Shown here: positions 10,085 through 19,767 of the stretch, in pieces | Position numbering within the stretch: position 1 is the first letter of the stretch | How the letters are laid out: the number at the start of each line of letters is the position of its first letter | Source of the DNA: Candidatus Zhuqueibacterota bacterium | Lineage (GTDB): Bacteria > Zhuqueibacterota > Zhuqueibacteria > Residuimicrobiales > Krinioviventaceae | Direction of reading: 5' to 3' | Length of the DNA: 64,000 nt | Assembly: GCA_016934825.1 (NCBI GenBank) | Contig: JAFGSB010000158.1 | Span: forward strand, 195-64,194 | The notes under the pieces: generated by a model | What the model was told of the DNA's origin: nothing | Databases searched by the model: none | What the model saw: only the letters and a program-made list of their open reading frames with translations | Program-made: the position numbers and the translations under genes

Positions 10085-10897
10085 ATGAAATTAATTAATG
10101 ATATAACACTCGGTCAATATTATTCCGGTGATTCTTTTATTCACCATTTGGACCCCAGAACAAAATTATATTCAATCATCATGTTAATGACCGGATTACT
10201 GGTGTCTGATAAACCTTTGATGATAAGCAGTTTTTTATTAATTTTTATATTTATTATTGTTTTATCTAAAATTCCGGCAAATCTTATTTTTAAAAATTTG
10301 CGTCCGTTTATCTGGCTTTTTGTTTTAACAATGATTATACATTTGTTCTGGACGTCCGGTAAAATTTTTACAAAAATACCATTGCTCGGTATTGGAATAA
10401 CATATGAAGGTATAGCTCTCGGGTTAAAATATACATTTCGTCTGGCCCTGTTGATCGTATTGGCGGCGATTTTAACGTTATCTACATCTCCTATTGAATT
10501 AACGGATGCTCTGGAAAAAATACTTAAACCGTTAAAAAGACTCCGAATACCTACCCATGAAATTGTCATGATGTTGACATTGTCGTTGCGATTTATACCG
10601 ACATTGATCGAAGAGGCACAAAAGATTAAAAATGCGCAGATTTCCCGCGGTGCGACTTTTAACGGTAACCTTATGAATCGCGTTAAAAGTACGATACCGC
10701 TCATTCTGCCTTTATTTATATCCGCATTCCGACGGGCTGACGACCTTGCCCTGGCAATGGATTCAAGATGTTATGACGGGGGGAACGGACGTACAAGTTA
10801 TAAAGAATTAAAATACAGGTTTACGGATTATTCAGTGATTATAGTATGTTTGCTGCTAATGACCGTAAGTATAATTGTAAATTATTTTAATATTTAA
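10085..10897 (+). CDS. ecfT: Energy-coupling factor transporter transmembrane component T
   Basis: LGQY...LDPRTK, LRFIPTLIEEA, AQISRG and AMDSRCY motifs. Confidence 0.9.
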   Translation: MKLINDITLGQYYSGDSFIHHLDPRTKLYSIIMLMTGLLVSDKPLMISSFLLIFIFIIVLSKIPANLIFKNLRPFIWLFVLTMIIHLFWTSGKIFTKIPLLGIGITYEGIALGLKYTFRLALLIVLAAILTLSTSPIELTDALEKILKPLKRLRIPTHEIVMMLTLSLRFIPTLIEEAQKIKNAQISRGATFNGNLMNRVKSTIPLILPLFISAFRRADDLALAMDSRCYDGGNGRTSYKELKYRFTDYSVIIVCLLLMTVSIIVNYFNI

Positions 10898-10907
10898 TAA
10901 ACCGCTA

Positions 10908-11639
10908 ATGCGGAATATAAAGTTAGAAATCGAATACGACGGAACAAATTTTTGCGGGTGGCAAATTCAAACGAATGTCAGGACAGTTCAGGAAGAATTG
11001 GAAAAGGCATTAACTCAACTCACCCGGGAAAAAATTAGAGTTTACTGCGCCGGACGAACGGATTCCGGTGTTCATGCTTTAGGGCAGATCGTTAATTTTA
11101 AAACGGAGAGTCGTCTTCCGGAATATGTTTTTCAGGTCGGTTTGAATGGTATTTTATCAAAAGATATACGTGTCATCAACGCCGAAGAAGCGGAAGACGA
11201 TTTTAATTCCCGTTTCAGCGCCAAATCAAGAACGTACCGGTATGATATAATTACCAGGCCGGTTGCCGTAGGACGAGAGTATGCCTGGTATTTTAAAAAA
11301 AAGCTGAATATGGCAAAAATGCAGGATGCCAGTTCTTTGATAATCGGGAGTCATGACTTTAAATCATTTTGTCAGGCGGGCGCCGACGTTAATCATTACT
11401 TGTGTGATGTTTTTGAGGCGGCCTGGCTTGAAATAGATGACAAGTTGATTTTTAATATTACTGCCAATCGTTTTTTACATAATATGGTCAGGATACTGGT
11501 CGGCACGTTTGTAAAAATCGGGACCGGTTCAATCAATGTTGATGATATGAAGCATATTTTAAAAGCCAAGAACCGTATTAAAGCCGGTCCAACAGCGCCG
11601 CCGCATGGCTTGTTCCTCGTCAAAGTATTTTATGAATAA
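10908..11639 (+). CDS. truA: tRNA pseudouridine(38-40) synthase
   Basis: [27 protein letters not shown] and APPHGLFL. Confidence 0.97.
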   Translation: MRNIKLEIEYDGTNFCGWQIQTNVRTVQEELEKALTQLTREKIRVYCAGRTDSGVHALGQIVNFKTESRLPEYVFQVGLNGILSKDIRVINAEEAEDDFNSRFSAKSRTYRYDIITRPVAVGREYAWYFKKKLNMAKMQDASSLIIGSHDFKSFCQAGADVNHYLCDVFEAAWLEIDDKLIFNITANRFLHNMVRILVGTFVKIGTGSINVDDMKHILKAKNRIKAGPTAPPHGLFLVKVFYE

Positions 11640-11674
11640 AATTTAATGATGTAAATCATTTAGATGGAGAAAAT

Positions 11675-12322
11675 ATGAAATTTTTTATCGATTCTGCTGA
11701 TGTAAAAGAAATTGAAACAGCTGCTGCCCTGGGTATAGCCGACGGCGTCACCACTAATCCGACCCTGCTGGCAAAAGTGCCCGGAACACCGGAAGAAATT
11801 TACAGGTCTATATGTAATATCATTGACGGGCCCGTTTGCGCCGAAGCCGTTAGTCTGGACGCCGATGACATCGTTGCCGAAGGGATGAATCTGGCCAAAA
11901 TTCATGATAATATTGTCATTAAAATCCCGGCCACCAAAGATGGATTAATGGCTGTCAATACCCTGGAAAAAGAGGGCATTAAAACGAATGTTACGTTGAT
12001 TTTTAGTCCCATGCAGGCCCTGTTGGCCGCAAAAGCAGGCGCTTCTTTCGTATGTCCGTTTGTGGGCAGACTGGATGACGCCGGTCATGTCGGCATGGAA
12101 TTGATTGAACAGATTTTACAAATTTATGAAAATTATGGTTTTACCACGGAAATCATAGTGGCCAGTATTCGAAGTATTCTTCATGTACAAAATGCGGCTT
12201 TAATCGGCGCGCACATTGCCACGATTCCGTTAAGTGTTGTTGAAAAACTTGTCAAGCATCCGTTAACCGATGCCGGTATTCAAAGTTTTTTGAAAGATTG
12301 GGATAAGGTACAGGATCGTTAA
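11675..12322 (+). CDS. tal: Transaldolase (short TalC/FSA type)
   Basis: [14 protein letters not shown] (Schiff-base Lys), TNVTLIFS and PFVGRLDD. Phe in PFVGR favours transaldolase over FSA. Confidence 0.88.
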   Translation: MKFFIDSADVKEIETAAALGIADGVTTNPTLLAKVPGTPEEIYRSICNIIDGPVCAEAVSLDADDIVAEGMNLAKIHDNIVIKIPATKDGLMAVNTLEKEGIKTNVTLIFSPMQALLAAKAGASFVCPFVGRLDDAGHVGMELIEQILQIYENYGFTTEIIVASIRSILHVQNAALIGAHIATIPLSVVEKLVKHPLTDAGIQSFLKDWDKVQDR

Positions 12323-12351
12323 AGAAAAAGTTTACATTTGCGGTTATAGAT

Positions 12352-13581
12352 ATGAATATTTTATATAAAAAAGAGTTCGGTTTTATTTTTGTTTTTATCA
12401 CGGGAGCGTTATTATTTTTTCAAGTATCTTTGGTAAACGCCGATGTACGGCAAACCGAAACCATTGCTGTTGACGATAATATAACAATCTCGCCGGTGCT
12501 TTACCCTTCTCAGAAAGATAATTACGTAAATGTAGAAAATTCCCGGCGAAACGCGATCACTCAGGCCGTTGAAATTGTAAGCCCGGCCGTAGTCGGAATT
12601 AATGTTACCCAGGTGCAAAGATATTATGCAAACAATCCCTTTTTCGATGATCCTTTTTTCCGGCATTTTTTCAAAGAGTGGCCCACCATTAATAAACAGG
12701 TGCAAAGTATGGGGTCCGGATTTATATTTTCTTCAAAAGGATATATCCTGACCAACCAGCATGTTATTGAAAATGCCAAAGAAATAATTGTGACCCGCGT
12801 AGGCGGAAAGCAATATAAAGCCGAAATAGTCGGAGAAGATTATGAAACGGATATTGCTATATTAAAAATTGATGGGCAGGATTTTCCTTTTGCACCGTTG
12901 GGCGATTCCGATGATGTTTTGATTGGTGAATGGGCTATTGCGCTTGGAAACCCTTTCGGTTTATTTGAAACAACCAGTAAACCAACGGTAACAGTAGGTG
13001 TGATCAGCGCGACCGACCAGGATTTTGGCAAACATGATAATCGTTTGTTTGAGGATATGCTGCAAACGGATGCCGCCATTAACGGAGGAAACAGCGGCGG
13101 TCCGCTCGTGAATTGTAACGGTGATGTTATCGGAATCAATACCTGGATTATCTCCGGCAGTGAAACACGTTCATCAAGTATCGGATTGGGTTTTGCGGTT
13201 CCGATTAACCGTGTGAAGAAAATATTAAATGATTTAATAAAGAACGGTTATGTGGACCGGACTTTTTGGACCGGTATTCAATATGATGTTGTTTCGCCGG
13301 CCGTGGCGCAATATTTGGGTTTGAAACAGACTCAGGGTGCTATTATAACGAATATTGAAAAAAATAGTCCCGCCGAAAAAGCTGGACTGAAAATAGGCGA
13401 TGTGATTCTGGCGATCAATGATAGCCCGGTAAACAATGCGGATGAGATCAGTAACATTATAGATAATCTGGATTTAAAAGCCGGAGACCATTTAACGTTA
13501 AAAATATACAGGGATAACAGGTATTATAATGTTATGGTGAAACTGGAAACATATCCCAATAAAAATAAGAGGTATTACTAA
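12352..13581 (+). CDS. HtrA/DegP family trypsin-like serine protease with one PDZ domain
   Basis: Signal peptide, GSGF, TNQHV, TDIA, QTDAAINGGNSGGPL and a C-terminal PDZ. Confidence 0.93.
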   Translation: MNILYKKEFGFIFVFITGALLFFQVSLVNADVRQTETIAVDDNITISPVLYPSQKDNYVNVENSRRNAITQAVEIVSPAVVGINVTQVQRYYANNPFFDDPFFRHFFKEWPTINKQVQSMGSGFIFSSKGYILTNQHVIENAKEIIVTRVGGKQYKAEIVGEDYETDIAILKIDGQDFPFAPLGDSDDVLIGEWAIALGNPFGLFETTSKPTVTVGVISATDQDFGKHDNRLFEDMLQTDAAINGGNSGGPLVNCNGDVIGINTWIISGSETRSSSIGLGFAVPINRVKKILNDLIKNGYVDRTFWTGIQYDVVSPAVAQYLGLKQTQGAIITNIEKNSPAEKAGLKIGDVILAINDSPVNNADEISNIIDNLDLKAGDHLTLKIYRDNRYYNVMVKLETYPNKNKRYY

Positions 13582-14873
13582 TGATCCCAAGATATACCCG
13601 TCCGGTTATGGGTTCCGTATGGAGCGATGAAAACCGTTACCGGACCTGGTTAAAAGTCGAAATAGCCGCTTGTGAGGCGCAGGAAAAACTTGGAAGGATC
13701 CCTTCGAATGTGGTGAATGATATCAAAAGCAAGGCCAATTTTTCCGCAGAGCGGATTTTGGAAATTGAAGCGGAAGTAAAGCACGATGTCATCGCATTTT
13801 TAACGAACGTATCCGAATATGTCGGGCCTAATGCCCGTTTTATTCATCTTGGTATGACCTCTTCAGATCTTCTTGATACATCATTGGCTCTTTTGGTAAA
13901 AGAGGCATCGGCGATAATTGAAAAAGATATTTTGAATTTGCTGAATGTTCTCAAAAAACAGGCTGTCGCTTATAAAAACACGGTATGCATAGGAAGAAGT
14001 CATGGTATACACGCCGAACCGACCGCTTTCGGACTAAAATTCGCCTTGTGGTATGATGAAATGAACAGAAATCTTGTCCGGTTACGCAGAGCGACAGATG
14101 CCATGTCTGTGGGGATGATTTCAGGGGCTGTGGGTACTTTTGCTTTCATCGATCCGCGAGTTGAGGAACATGTCTGTCAGCAACTGGGTTTAAAACCGGC
14201 GTCAATATCGACCCAGGTCATACAGCGGGACCTGCACGCAGAATTTATTAACACTCTGGCTTTTATCGGTTGTTCGATTGAAAAAATGGCGACGGAGATT
14301 CGTCATTTACAAAGAACGGAGGTACTGGAAGCTGAGGAACCTTTTACAAAAGGCCAAAAAGGATCTTCAGCCATGCCTCATAAAAGAAATCCCATTGGTT
14401 CCGAGAACCTGTCCGGGCTTGCCAGGTTATTAAGAGCCAACGCCCTTGCCGCTTTTGAAAATATCACCTTATGGCATGAACGGGATATCAGCCATTCTTC
14501 CGTTGAGCGGGTTATATTCCCGGACAGTTGTATTTTAGTCGATTATGCCCTGGCAAGGCTTACCAAAATTATGGAAAATTTGGTTATCTATCCCGAGAGA
14601 ATGCTTTATAATTTACAATTGACAAAAGGATTGATTTTTTCTCAACCTTTATTATTGGCATTAACGGAAAACGGGATGTCACGGGAAGACGCTTATAAAA
14701 TAGTTCAGGAAGTTGCCATGAAATGTTGGCAGGAGGGACTCGATTTTAAAGAAAAAATAAGTCAGGATGCTCGTGTATCAAAAATTTTGTCACCGGATAT
14801 TATTGAATCATGTTTTGATGAAAAAAAGGCCTTAAAACATGTCGATGTAATTTATAACCGGGTGGGATTATAA
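13581..14873 (+). CDS. purB: Adenylosuccinate lyase
   Basis: HLGMTSSD, GRSHGIHAEP and GSSAMPHKRNP signature. Confidence 0.97.
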   Translation: MIPRYTRPVMGSVWSDENRYRTWLKVEIAACEAQEKLGRIPSNVVNDIKSKANFSAERILEIEAEVKHDVIAFLTNVSEYVGPNARFIHLGMTSSDLLDTSLALLVKEASAIIEKDILNLLNVLKKQAVAYKNTVCIGRSHGIHAEPTAFGLKFALWYDEMNRNLVRLRRATDAMSVGMISGAVGTFAFIDPRVEEHVCQQLGLKPASISTQVIQRDLHAEFINTLAFIGCSIEKMATEIRHLQRTEVLEAEEPFTKGQKGSSAMPHKRNPIGSENLSGLARLLRANALAAFENITLWHERDISHSSVERVIFPDSCILVDYALARLTKIMENLVIYPERMLYNLQLTKGLIFSQPLLLALTENGMSREDAYKIVQEVAMKCWQEGLDFKEKISQDARVSKILSPDIIESCFDEKKALKHVDVIYNRVGL

Positions 14874-14903
14874 ATTTCTTAATTATTTAAGAGGAGATTT
14901 GAG

Positions 14904-15602
14904 TTGAAAGGTATAATTCTGGAAAACAGGACAAAAATAATTTATCAGGCGGAAAAAGAAAATGAGTTAATTCAGGAGTTTAAGGATGATTTTCAAATTG
15001 ACAATGCCGCCAAAGGCATGAAAATTAAAGACCGGGGTGAATTTAATAACCAGTTTTCTTCCCATATTTTTAAATTATTGTCAAGTTATCATATACCTAC
15101 GCATTTTGTAAAAATCCATTCGGAAAATTCGATGGTGGTAAAAAAAATCGAAATGATTCCCATTGTTGTTTGTATGAGAAATATCGCTGCCGGAACATTA
15201 GTGAAGAATTTTGGTCTGAAAAAAGGGAAGGAATTAGAGTGTCCCCTGATCGAATATTACATGAAAAATGAAAAAGATGAGGACCAGATTATTAATGAGG
15301 CCCATATCATCTCGTTCGGTTACGCGACCGGTGAGGAATTAAAAGAAATGCACCGAATCACTTCGAAAGTAAACGTAATTATTAAAGATTATTTACGCCG
15401 TCGTTTTTTTAAACTGGTGGATTTTCGTCTCGAATTTGGACGGTACAAAGAAGACCATATCATGGTCGGCAGTGAAATCAATCTCGATACCTGCCATATA
15501 TTGAATGTAGAGACAAATGAAATTATATTTGAAGAAAAACACTACGAAGATAAAAAAGAAATGGTAAATATCTATAATGATTTATCCGCCAGGTTGTTAT
15601 AA
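14904..15602 (+). CDS. purC: SAICAR synthetase homolog (divergent)
   Basis: IPTHF, RNIAAG and LVDFRLEFG, adjacent to purB. TTG start with AGGAG RBS. Several motifs are divergent. Confidence 0.8.
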   Translation: MKGIILENRTKIIYQAEKENELIQEFKDDFQIDNAAKGMKIKDRGEFNNQFSSHIFKLLSSYHIPTHFVKIHSENSMVVKKIEMIPIVVCMRNIAAGTLVKNFGLKKGKELECPLIEYYMKNEKDEDQIINEAHIISFGYATGEELKEMHRITSKVNVIIKDYLRRRFFKLVDFRLEFGRYKEDHIMVGSEINLDTCHILNVETNEIIFEEKHYEDKKEMVNIYNDLSARLL

Positions 15603-15620
15603 ATAAATTTTTGGTGAGTT

Positions 15621-16271
15621 TTGAATAAAGAAGGCTTTACAACGATCCTGGGATTGTTATTTTTTGCGTTTTTTTTGGGATTGGTGGGATATATATACAG
15701 TAATACTTTAATCTTGATAATATGTGCTGTTAATATTATTCTGGTGGGCGTAGCCGTTTATTTTTTCAGGGATCCGCTCAGAGTTACACCGGAAAATCCT
15801 AATGCTGTTATATCACCCGCCGACGGCAGGGTAATTGATATTTCAGAGGTTATGGATTCGGTTTTTTTTGAGAACCGGGTCACCAGAATGACTATATATA
15901 TGTCGTTAATTGATGTGCATGTGAATTATATCCCGTATGACGGTATTGTTGAATATTTAAAATACAGCAGGGGGGAGTATCACCGGGCGAATTTATCTAC
16001 CGCCTCGCAGAAAAATGTGCATTCGTATATCGGTCTTGAAACAAAATACGGCAAAATAGCTTTTAAACAAATAACGGGCGCTGTTGCACGTCGGATTGTA
16101 TGTAACCTGAAACTTGGTCAAAAAGTTAAAGCGGGGCAAAAATTCGGTATGATAAAATTTGGTTCAAGAATGGAAATATTTTTGCCGCCTCAGGCAAAAA
16201 TAATAGTCAAGCTTGGAGAAAGATTACGTGCAGGAGAAAGCGTAATCGCTGTTTTTAATGGAACAAGATAA
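15621..16271 (+). CDS. psd: Phosphatidylserine decarboxylase proenzyme
   Basis: YFFRDP, SPADG, DVHVN and KFGSR (self-cleavage Ser). Overlaps pssA. Confidence 0.92.
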   Translation: MNKEGFTTILGLLFFAFFLGLVGYIYSNTLILIICAVNIILVGVAVYFFRDPLRVTPENPNAVISPADGRVIDISEVMDSVFFENRVTRMTIYMSLIDVHVNYIPYDGIVEYLKYSRGEYHRANLSTASQKNVHSYIGLETKYGKIAFKQITGAVARRIVCNLKLGQKVKAGQKFGMIKFGSRMEIFLPPQAKIIVKLGERLRAGESVIAVFNGTR

Positions 16272-16995
16272 ATATATAACGGTCCCGAATCTTTTTACGA
16301 CCTTAAACCTGTTTTGTGGATTTTTGGCCGTCATTCTTGCAATGTCCGGTCATTATACCAATTCAGCCTGGCTGATATTTATTTCAACGATATTTGATGC
16401 TTTGGATGGAAAAATCGCCCGCGCGACCGGTATTAACAGCCAGTTCGGCCTGCAAATCGATTCCTTGTGTGATGTGATTTCGTCCGGTATTGCCCCGGCT
16501 GTTTTATTATACCAGGTGCATTTAAAATCACTCGGTCTCATCGGATTGTTTCTGGCATTTATGCCTTTACTGTTTGCGACTTTTCGTCTGGCCCGGTTTA
16601 ATGTGCTGGTGCTGAACAACGGCAGGAAAAATGCCTATGTCGGATTGCCGGCGCCAATGGCCGCTGTTTGTATTGCCAGTATTGTTGTGCTTTATATGAA
16701 AACCAACTGGACTTTTCTGTTACGATTATTGGTCATTATTGTACCAATAGTCAGTCTGCTCATGGCAAGTACGATCAGGTTTGAAGGATATCCCAGGTTT
16801 ACATTAAGAGAAAAAGGAGCAAACCGGCGCAAATTATTGTTTTTTATATTATCTTTAGTGATGTTAGTTATTTTCCCCGAGTATTATTTGCCGCTTTTTA
16901 TGTTAATTTATTTGCTTTACGGCCCTGTTCTTTACTTAAAATCAATCCTGGTCAATCATAATAACAAGGTAGAGGCCGTATCGCCGGGTAAGTAA
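16258..16995 (+). CDS. pssA: CDP-diacylglycerol--serine O-phosphatidyltransferase
   Basis: PNLFT, DALDGKIAR...G..IDSLCD (CDP-alcohol phosphotransferase motif), RLARFN and GLPAP. Confidence 0.92.
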   Translation: MEQDKYITVPNLFTTLNLFCGFLAVILAMSGHYTNSAWLIFISTIFDALDGKIARATGINSQFGLQIDSLCDVISSGIAPAVLLYQVHLKSLGLIGLFLAFMPLLFATFRLARFNVLVLNNGRKNAYVGLPAPMAAVCIASIVVLYMKTNWTFLLRLLVIIVPIVSLLMASTIRFEGYPRFTLREKGANRRKLLFFILSLVMLVIFPEYYLPLFMLIYLLYGPVLYLKSILVNHNNKVEAVSPGK

Positions 16996-17054
16996 GATAA
17001 TTTTATACAAAATAGTCAAGCTGTAATTAATTTCTTCAATTACGCAAAGTTCCG

Positions 17055-17200
17055 ATATCCGTTTAACCGGCACCTCTTTTCGACCCGACATGCTCATTAT
17101 TTAAGTGTGATTGTATAACCGGAAAAAAGTCGGGAAATGATATATATTACCAAGGAATTATTCAGTAAAAGAGAAAAGTCGTCACCGGATTTAACCGGAA
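17055..17200. repeat. Degenerate copy (probably reverse orientation) of the palindrome-bounded intergenic element
   Basis: TCCGTTTAACCGGCACC at 17058 and CCGGATTTAACCGGA at 17185. The latter's reverse complement TCCGGTTAAATCCGG matches the left-end motif of the 18088 and 57111 copies. Confidence 0.45.
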
Positions 17201-17232
17201 TTGGGGGGTTATGAGGAGAAAGGAAATAAAAA

Positions 17233-17499
17233 ATGAGGCGTTCACGTACAGTCGGCTGGTTTATTATCGCCGTAATTTTAGGTGCATTGATAGGCGGTGT
17301 ACTGGGCGAAGTCATTGCATTGCTGCTGCCATCCGGCATCGTTAAAGATTTTTTTCTGCGCTCAATCAGTTTCGGTTTTAGCCCGACAAGCATAAATCTT
17401 ATTTTAATCAACCTAACTTTAGGTTTCACCTTTAAACTTAATATAATCAGCGTAATTGGTATTTTCCTGGCCACATATATTTTGCGCTGGTATTCATAA
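17233..17499 (+). CDS. Small membrane protein, DUF4321-like
   Basis: 88 aa, hydrophobic, GALIGGVLGE...SFGFSP..INL...GFTFKLN pattern. AGGAG RBS upstream. Confidence 0.75.
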   Translation: MRRSRTVGWFIIAVILGALIGGVLGEVIALLLPSGIVKDFFLRSISFGFSPTSINLILINLTLGFTFKLNIISVIGIFLATYILRWYS

Positions 17500-17561
17500 T
17501 TAAGTTTAAAATCCGGCGGTTTTAGTATTATTTGTCAGGGAATCGAACTAAAACATAATAC

Positions 17562-17590
17562 TTGCAATTGACGAAAAACTACAATATATT
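17562..17590 (+). promoter_or_regulatory. Putative sigma70 promoter for the tatA pair
   Basis: TTGCAA-17 bp-TATATT. Confidence 0.5.
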
Positions 17591-17649
17591 TTGCCTTGAT
17601 TTTGGATATTAAAATCAAAATGTTTTAAATATTGTATGGAGGTATAAAA

Positions 17650-17826
17650 ATGTTTCCCGCAATGGGTATGCAAGAAATGTTGATAATTATGGTTGTTGTC
17701 TTGCTTTTATTTGGATCAAAACGGTTACCGGAACTGGCCCGCGGAATCGGAAAAAGTATGCGTGAGTTTAGAAAAGCCGCAGAAGATGTCAAAAAAGAAA
17801 TTGATATATCGGATGATATTAAATAA
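17650..17826 (+). CDS. tatA: Twin-arginine translocase TatA/E subunit
   Basis: TM helix followed by [33 protein letters not shown] before ATG 17650. Confidence 0.92.
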   Translation: MFPAMGMQEMLIIMVVVLLLFGSKRLPELARGIGKSMREFRKAAEDVKKEIDISDDIK

Positions 17827-17858
17827 TTATTAATAATCATTTTATTTTTGGAGGAAAT

Positions 17859-18065
17859 ATGGGTGCACCAGGACCACAAGAGCTGATCATTGTTCTTTTT
17901 ATAGTTATTCTTTTATTCGGCGCTAAAAAATTACCTGAACTGGCTAAAGGTTTGGGCAAAGGAATCAGAGAATTTAAAAGCGCTTCCAGCGGTGAATATG
18001 ATGACGAGGATGAGGATAATAAAGTAAAAAAGGTGAAAAAAGTAAAAAAACAAGATGACGAATAA
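17859..18065 (+). CDS. tatA: Twin-arginine translocase TatA/E subunit (second paralog)
   Basis: [31 protein letters not shown]. Confidence 0.93.
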   Translation: MGAPGPQELIIVLFIVILLFGAKKLPELAKGLGKGIREFKSASSGEYDDEDEDNKVKKVKKVKKQDDE

Positions 18066-18087
18066 TATTTATTATTTATATAAACTT

Positions 18088-18250
18088 ATGTCCGGTTATA
18101 TCCGGACATGAGACACTATATATTATTGATTTTTTAAAGTATTATATCGTTTCTAAATCGCCTCGGAAGAACAAAATCTTTTTATTAAATTGTTTAATTA
18201 TATTAAATATGAAATTCAACCCAGGTTTAGATGTCCGTTAACCGGACACC
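18088..18250. repeat. MITE/REP-like intergenic element bounded by inverted palindromes (copy 1)
   Basis: Left end ATGTCCGGTTATATCCGGACATGAGACACT, right end ATGTCCGTTAACCGGACACC. Both recur at 57111-57281. Confidence 0.7.
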
Positions 18251-18305
18251 GTTGATTTATATAAATAACGTTTATTTCGGAAAGGAAGTTGAAAAGGAAA
18301 AAGTA

Positions 18306-19739
18306 TTGAATATTTCAGACCTGGATTATACCAGTATTAAGAAAAAATTAACGGACCGGGATATCAGTTGTCGGGAATTAACTGAATATTATATTAAAAA
18401 TATTGAGAGAAAAAAGGATTTAAATGCTTTTATTTCCGTTTTTTCTGATACGGCATTAGAACAGGCCCAAAAAATCGATCGGAAAATTGAGCAGGGCACC
18501 GCCGGCAGCCTGGCCGGTTTGGTGCTTGGCGTTAAAGATCTGCTCGTTATCCAGGGTAGAAAAACGACGTGCGGCTCAAAAATTCTGTCAAATTTTGTTT
18601 CTCCCTATAGTGCGACCGTTATTAAAAAGCTGGAAGCTGAAGATGTAATTTTCATCGGGAAAACCAATATGGATGAATTTGCCATGGGTTCTTCCAATGA
18701 AAACTCTTTTTTTAAACCCGTAAAAAATCCACATGATGCAACCCGCGTTCCCGGTGGTTCATCGGGTGGTTCGGCAACAGCGGTGGGGGGGGATTTATGT
18801 ATGGCGGCTTTAGGGACGGATACGGGAGGATCAATTCGTCAACCCGCCTCGTTTTGTGGCGTAGTTGGTCTCAAACCAACTTATGGCCGCGTCTCGCGGT
18901 TTGGTCTGGTTGCATACGCGTCGTCCCTCGATCAGATTGGACCGGTAACAAAATCTGTTTCCGATACGGCATTATTGTTACAGGTAATATCCGGCCACGA
19001 TGAACGGGATTCTACTTCCGCCAATAAAGGTGTTCCGGATTTTAACGGGTCTATCAATCAAAACATAAAAGGACTGCGAATCGGGTTGCCGAAGGAATAT
19101 TTTTCAGAAGGTTTGGAACCCGATGTTGCAGAGGCAATTTCTCTGGCTGTCGATTTTTTTAAGAGGAACGGAGCGGAAATTAAACAGGTTTCACTGCCGC
19201 ATACGGAATATGCCATAGCCGCCTATTATATCATTGCAACAGCGGAGGCTTCGGCCAACCTTGCCCGTTATGACGGTGTTCGTTACGGTTTCCGGGATGA
19301 AAGTGCCGTAAATCTTGAAGACATGTATGTGAAAAGCCGCACAAAAGGTTTTGGCAGTGAGGTGAAACGGCGAATTATGCTGGGCACTTTTGTTTTGTCT
19401 TCAGGTTATTACGATGCATATTATCTTAAAGCACAAAAAGTTCGGTCCCTGATCAGGAATGATTTTGAAAGCGTATTTAAATCAGTTGATTGTTTGGTTA
19501 CACCGACTTCCCCGACAACGGCATTTAGACTGAACGAAAAAGTCGACGATCCGTTGACGATGTATTTGTCTGATGTATTCACGGTTTCGCTAAATCTGGC
19601 CGGCCTTCCCGGTATATCCATACCCTGCGGATCCGATTCAAATGGCCTGCCGGTCGGGCTGCAATTAATTGGCAAACCATTCGACGAAGCCACAATTCTT
19701 ACTGTTGCCGATTTTTTTGAGAAACATTTTGTAGAATAA
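18306..19739 (+). CDS. gatA: Asp/Glu-tRNA amidotransferase subunit A
   Basis: VKD, KTNMDEFAMGSS, PGGSSGGS and GTDTGGSIRQPA. Probable start TTG 18306, because ATG 18231 lies inside the repeat. Confidence 0.96.
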   Translation: MNISDLDYTSIKKKLTDRDISCRELTEYYIKNIERKKDLNAFISVFSDTALEQAQKIDRKIEQGTAGSLAGLVLGVKDLLVIQGRKTTCGSKILSNFVSPYSATVIKKLEAEDVIFIGKTNMDEFAMGSSNENSFFKPVKNPHDATRVPGGSSGGSATAVGGDLCMAALGTDTGGSIRQPASFCGVVGLKPTYGRVSRFGLVAYASSLDQIGPVTKSVSDTALLLQVISGHDERDSTSANKGVPDFNGSINQNIKGLRIGLPKEYFSEGLEPDVAEAISLAVDFFKRNGAEIKQVSLPHTEYAIAAYYIIATAEASANLARYDGVRYGFRDESAVNLEDMYVKSRTKGFGSEVKRRIMLGTFVLSSGYYDAYYLKAQKVRSLIRNDFESVFKSVDCLVTPTSPTTAFRLNEKVDDPLTMYLSDVFTVSLNLAGLPGISIPCGSDSNGLPVGLQLIGKPFDEATILTVADFFEKHFVE

Positions 19740-19767
19740 ATAATATGATTTTTAAACAGGTAAGCTC

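Noticed and set aside
10141-10704. 187-aa antisense ORF
   Set aside because: Shadow of ecfT with no motifs. The same applies to 28158-28727, 33419-34042, 41616-42167 and the other short overlapping ORFs.
18231-18305. 25-aa N-terminal extension of GatA
   Set aside because: The ATG lies inside the palindromic repeat end. TTG 18306 gives a normal-length GatA.
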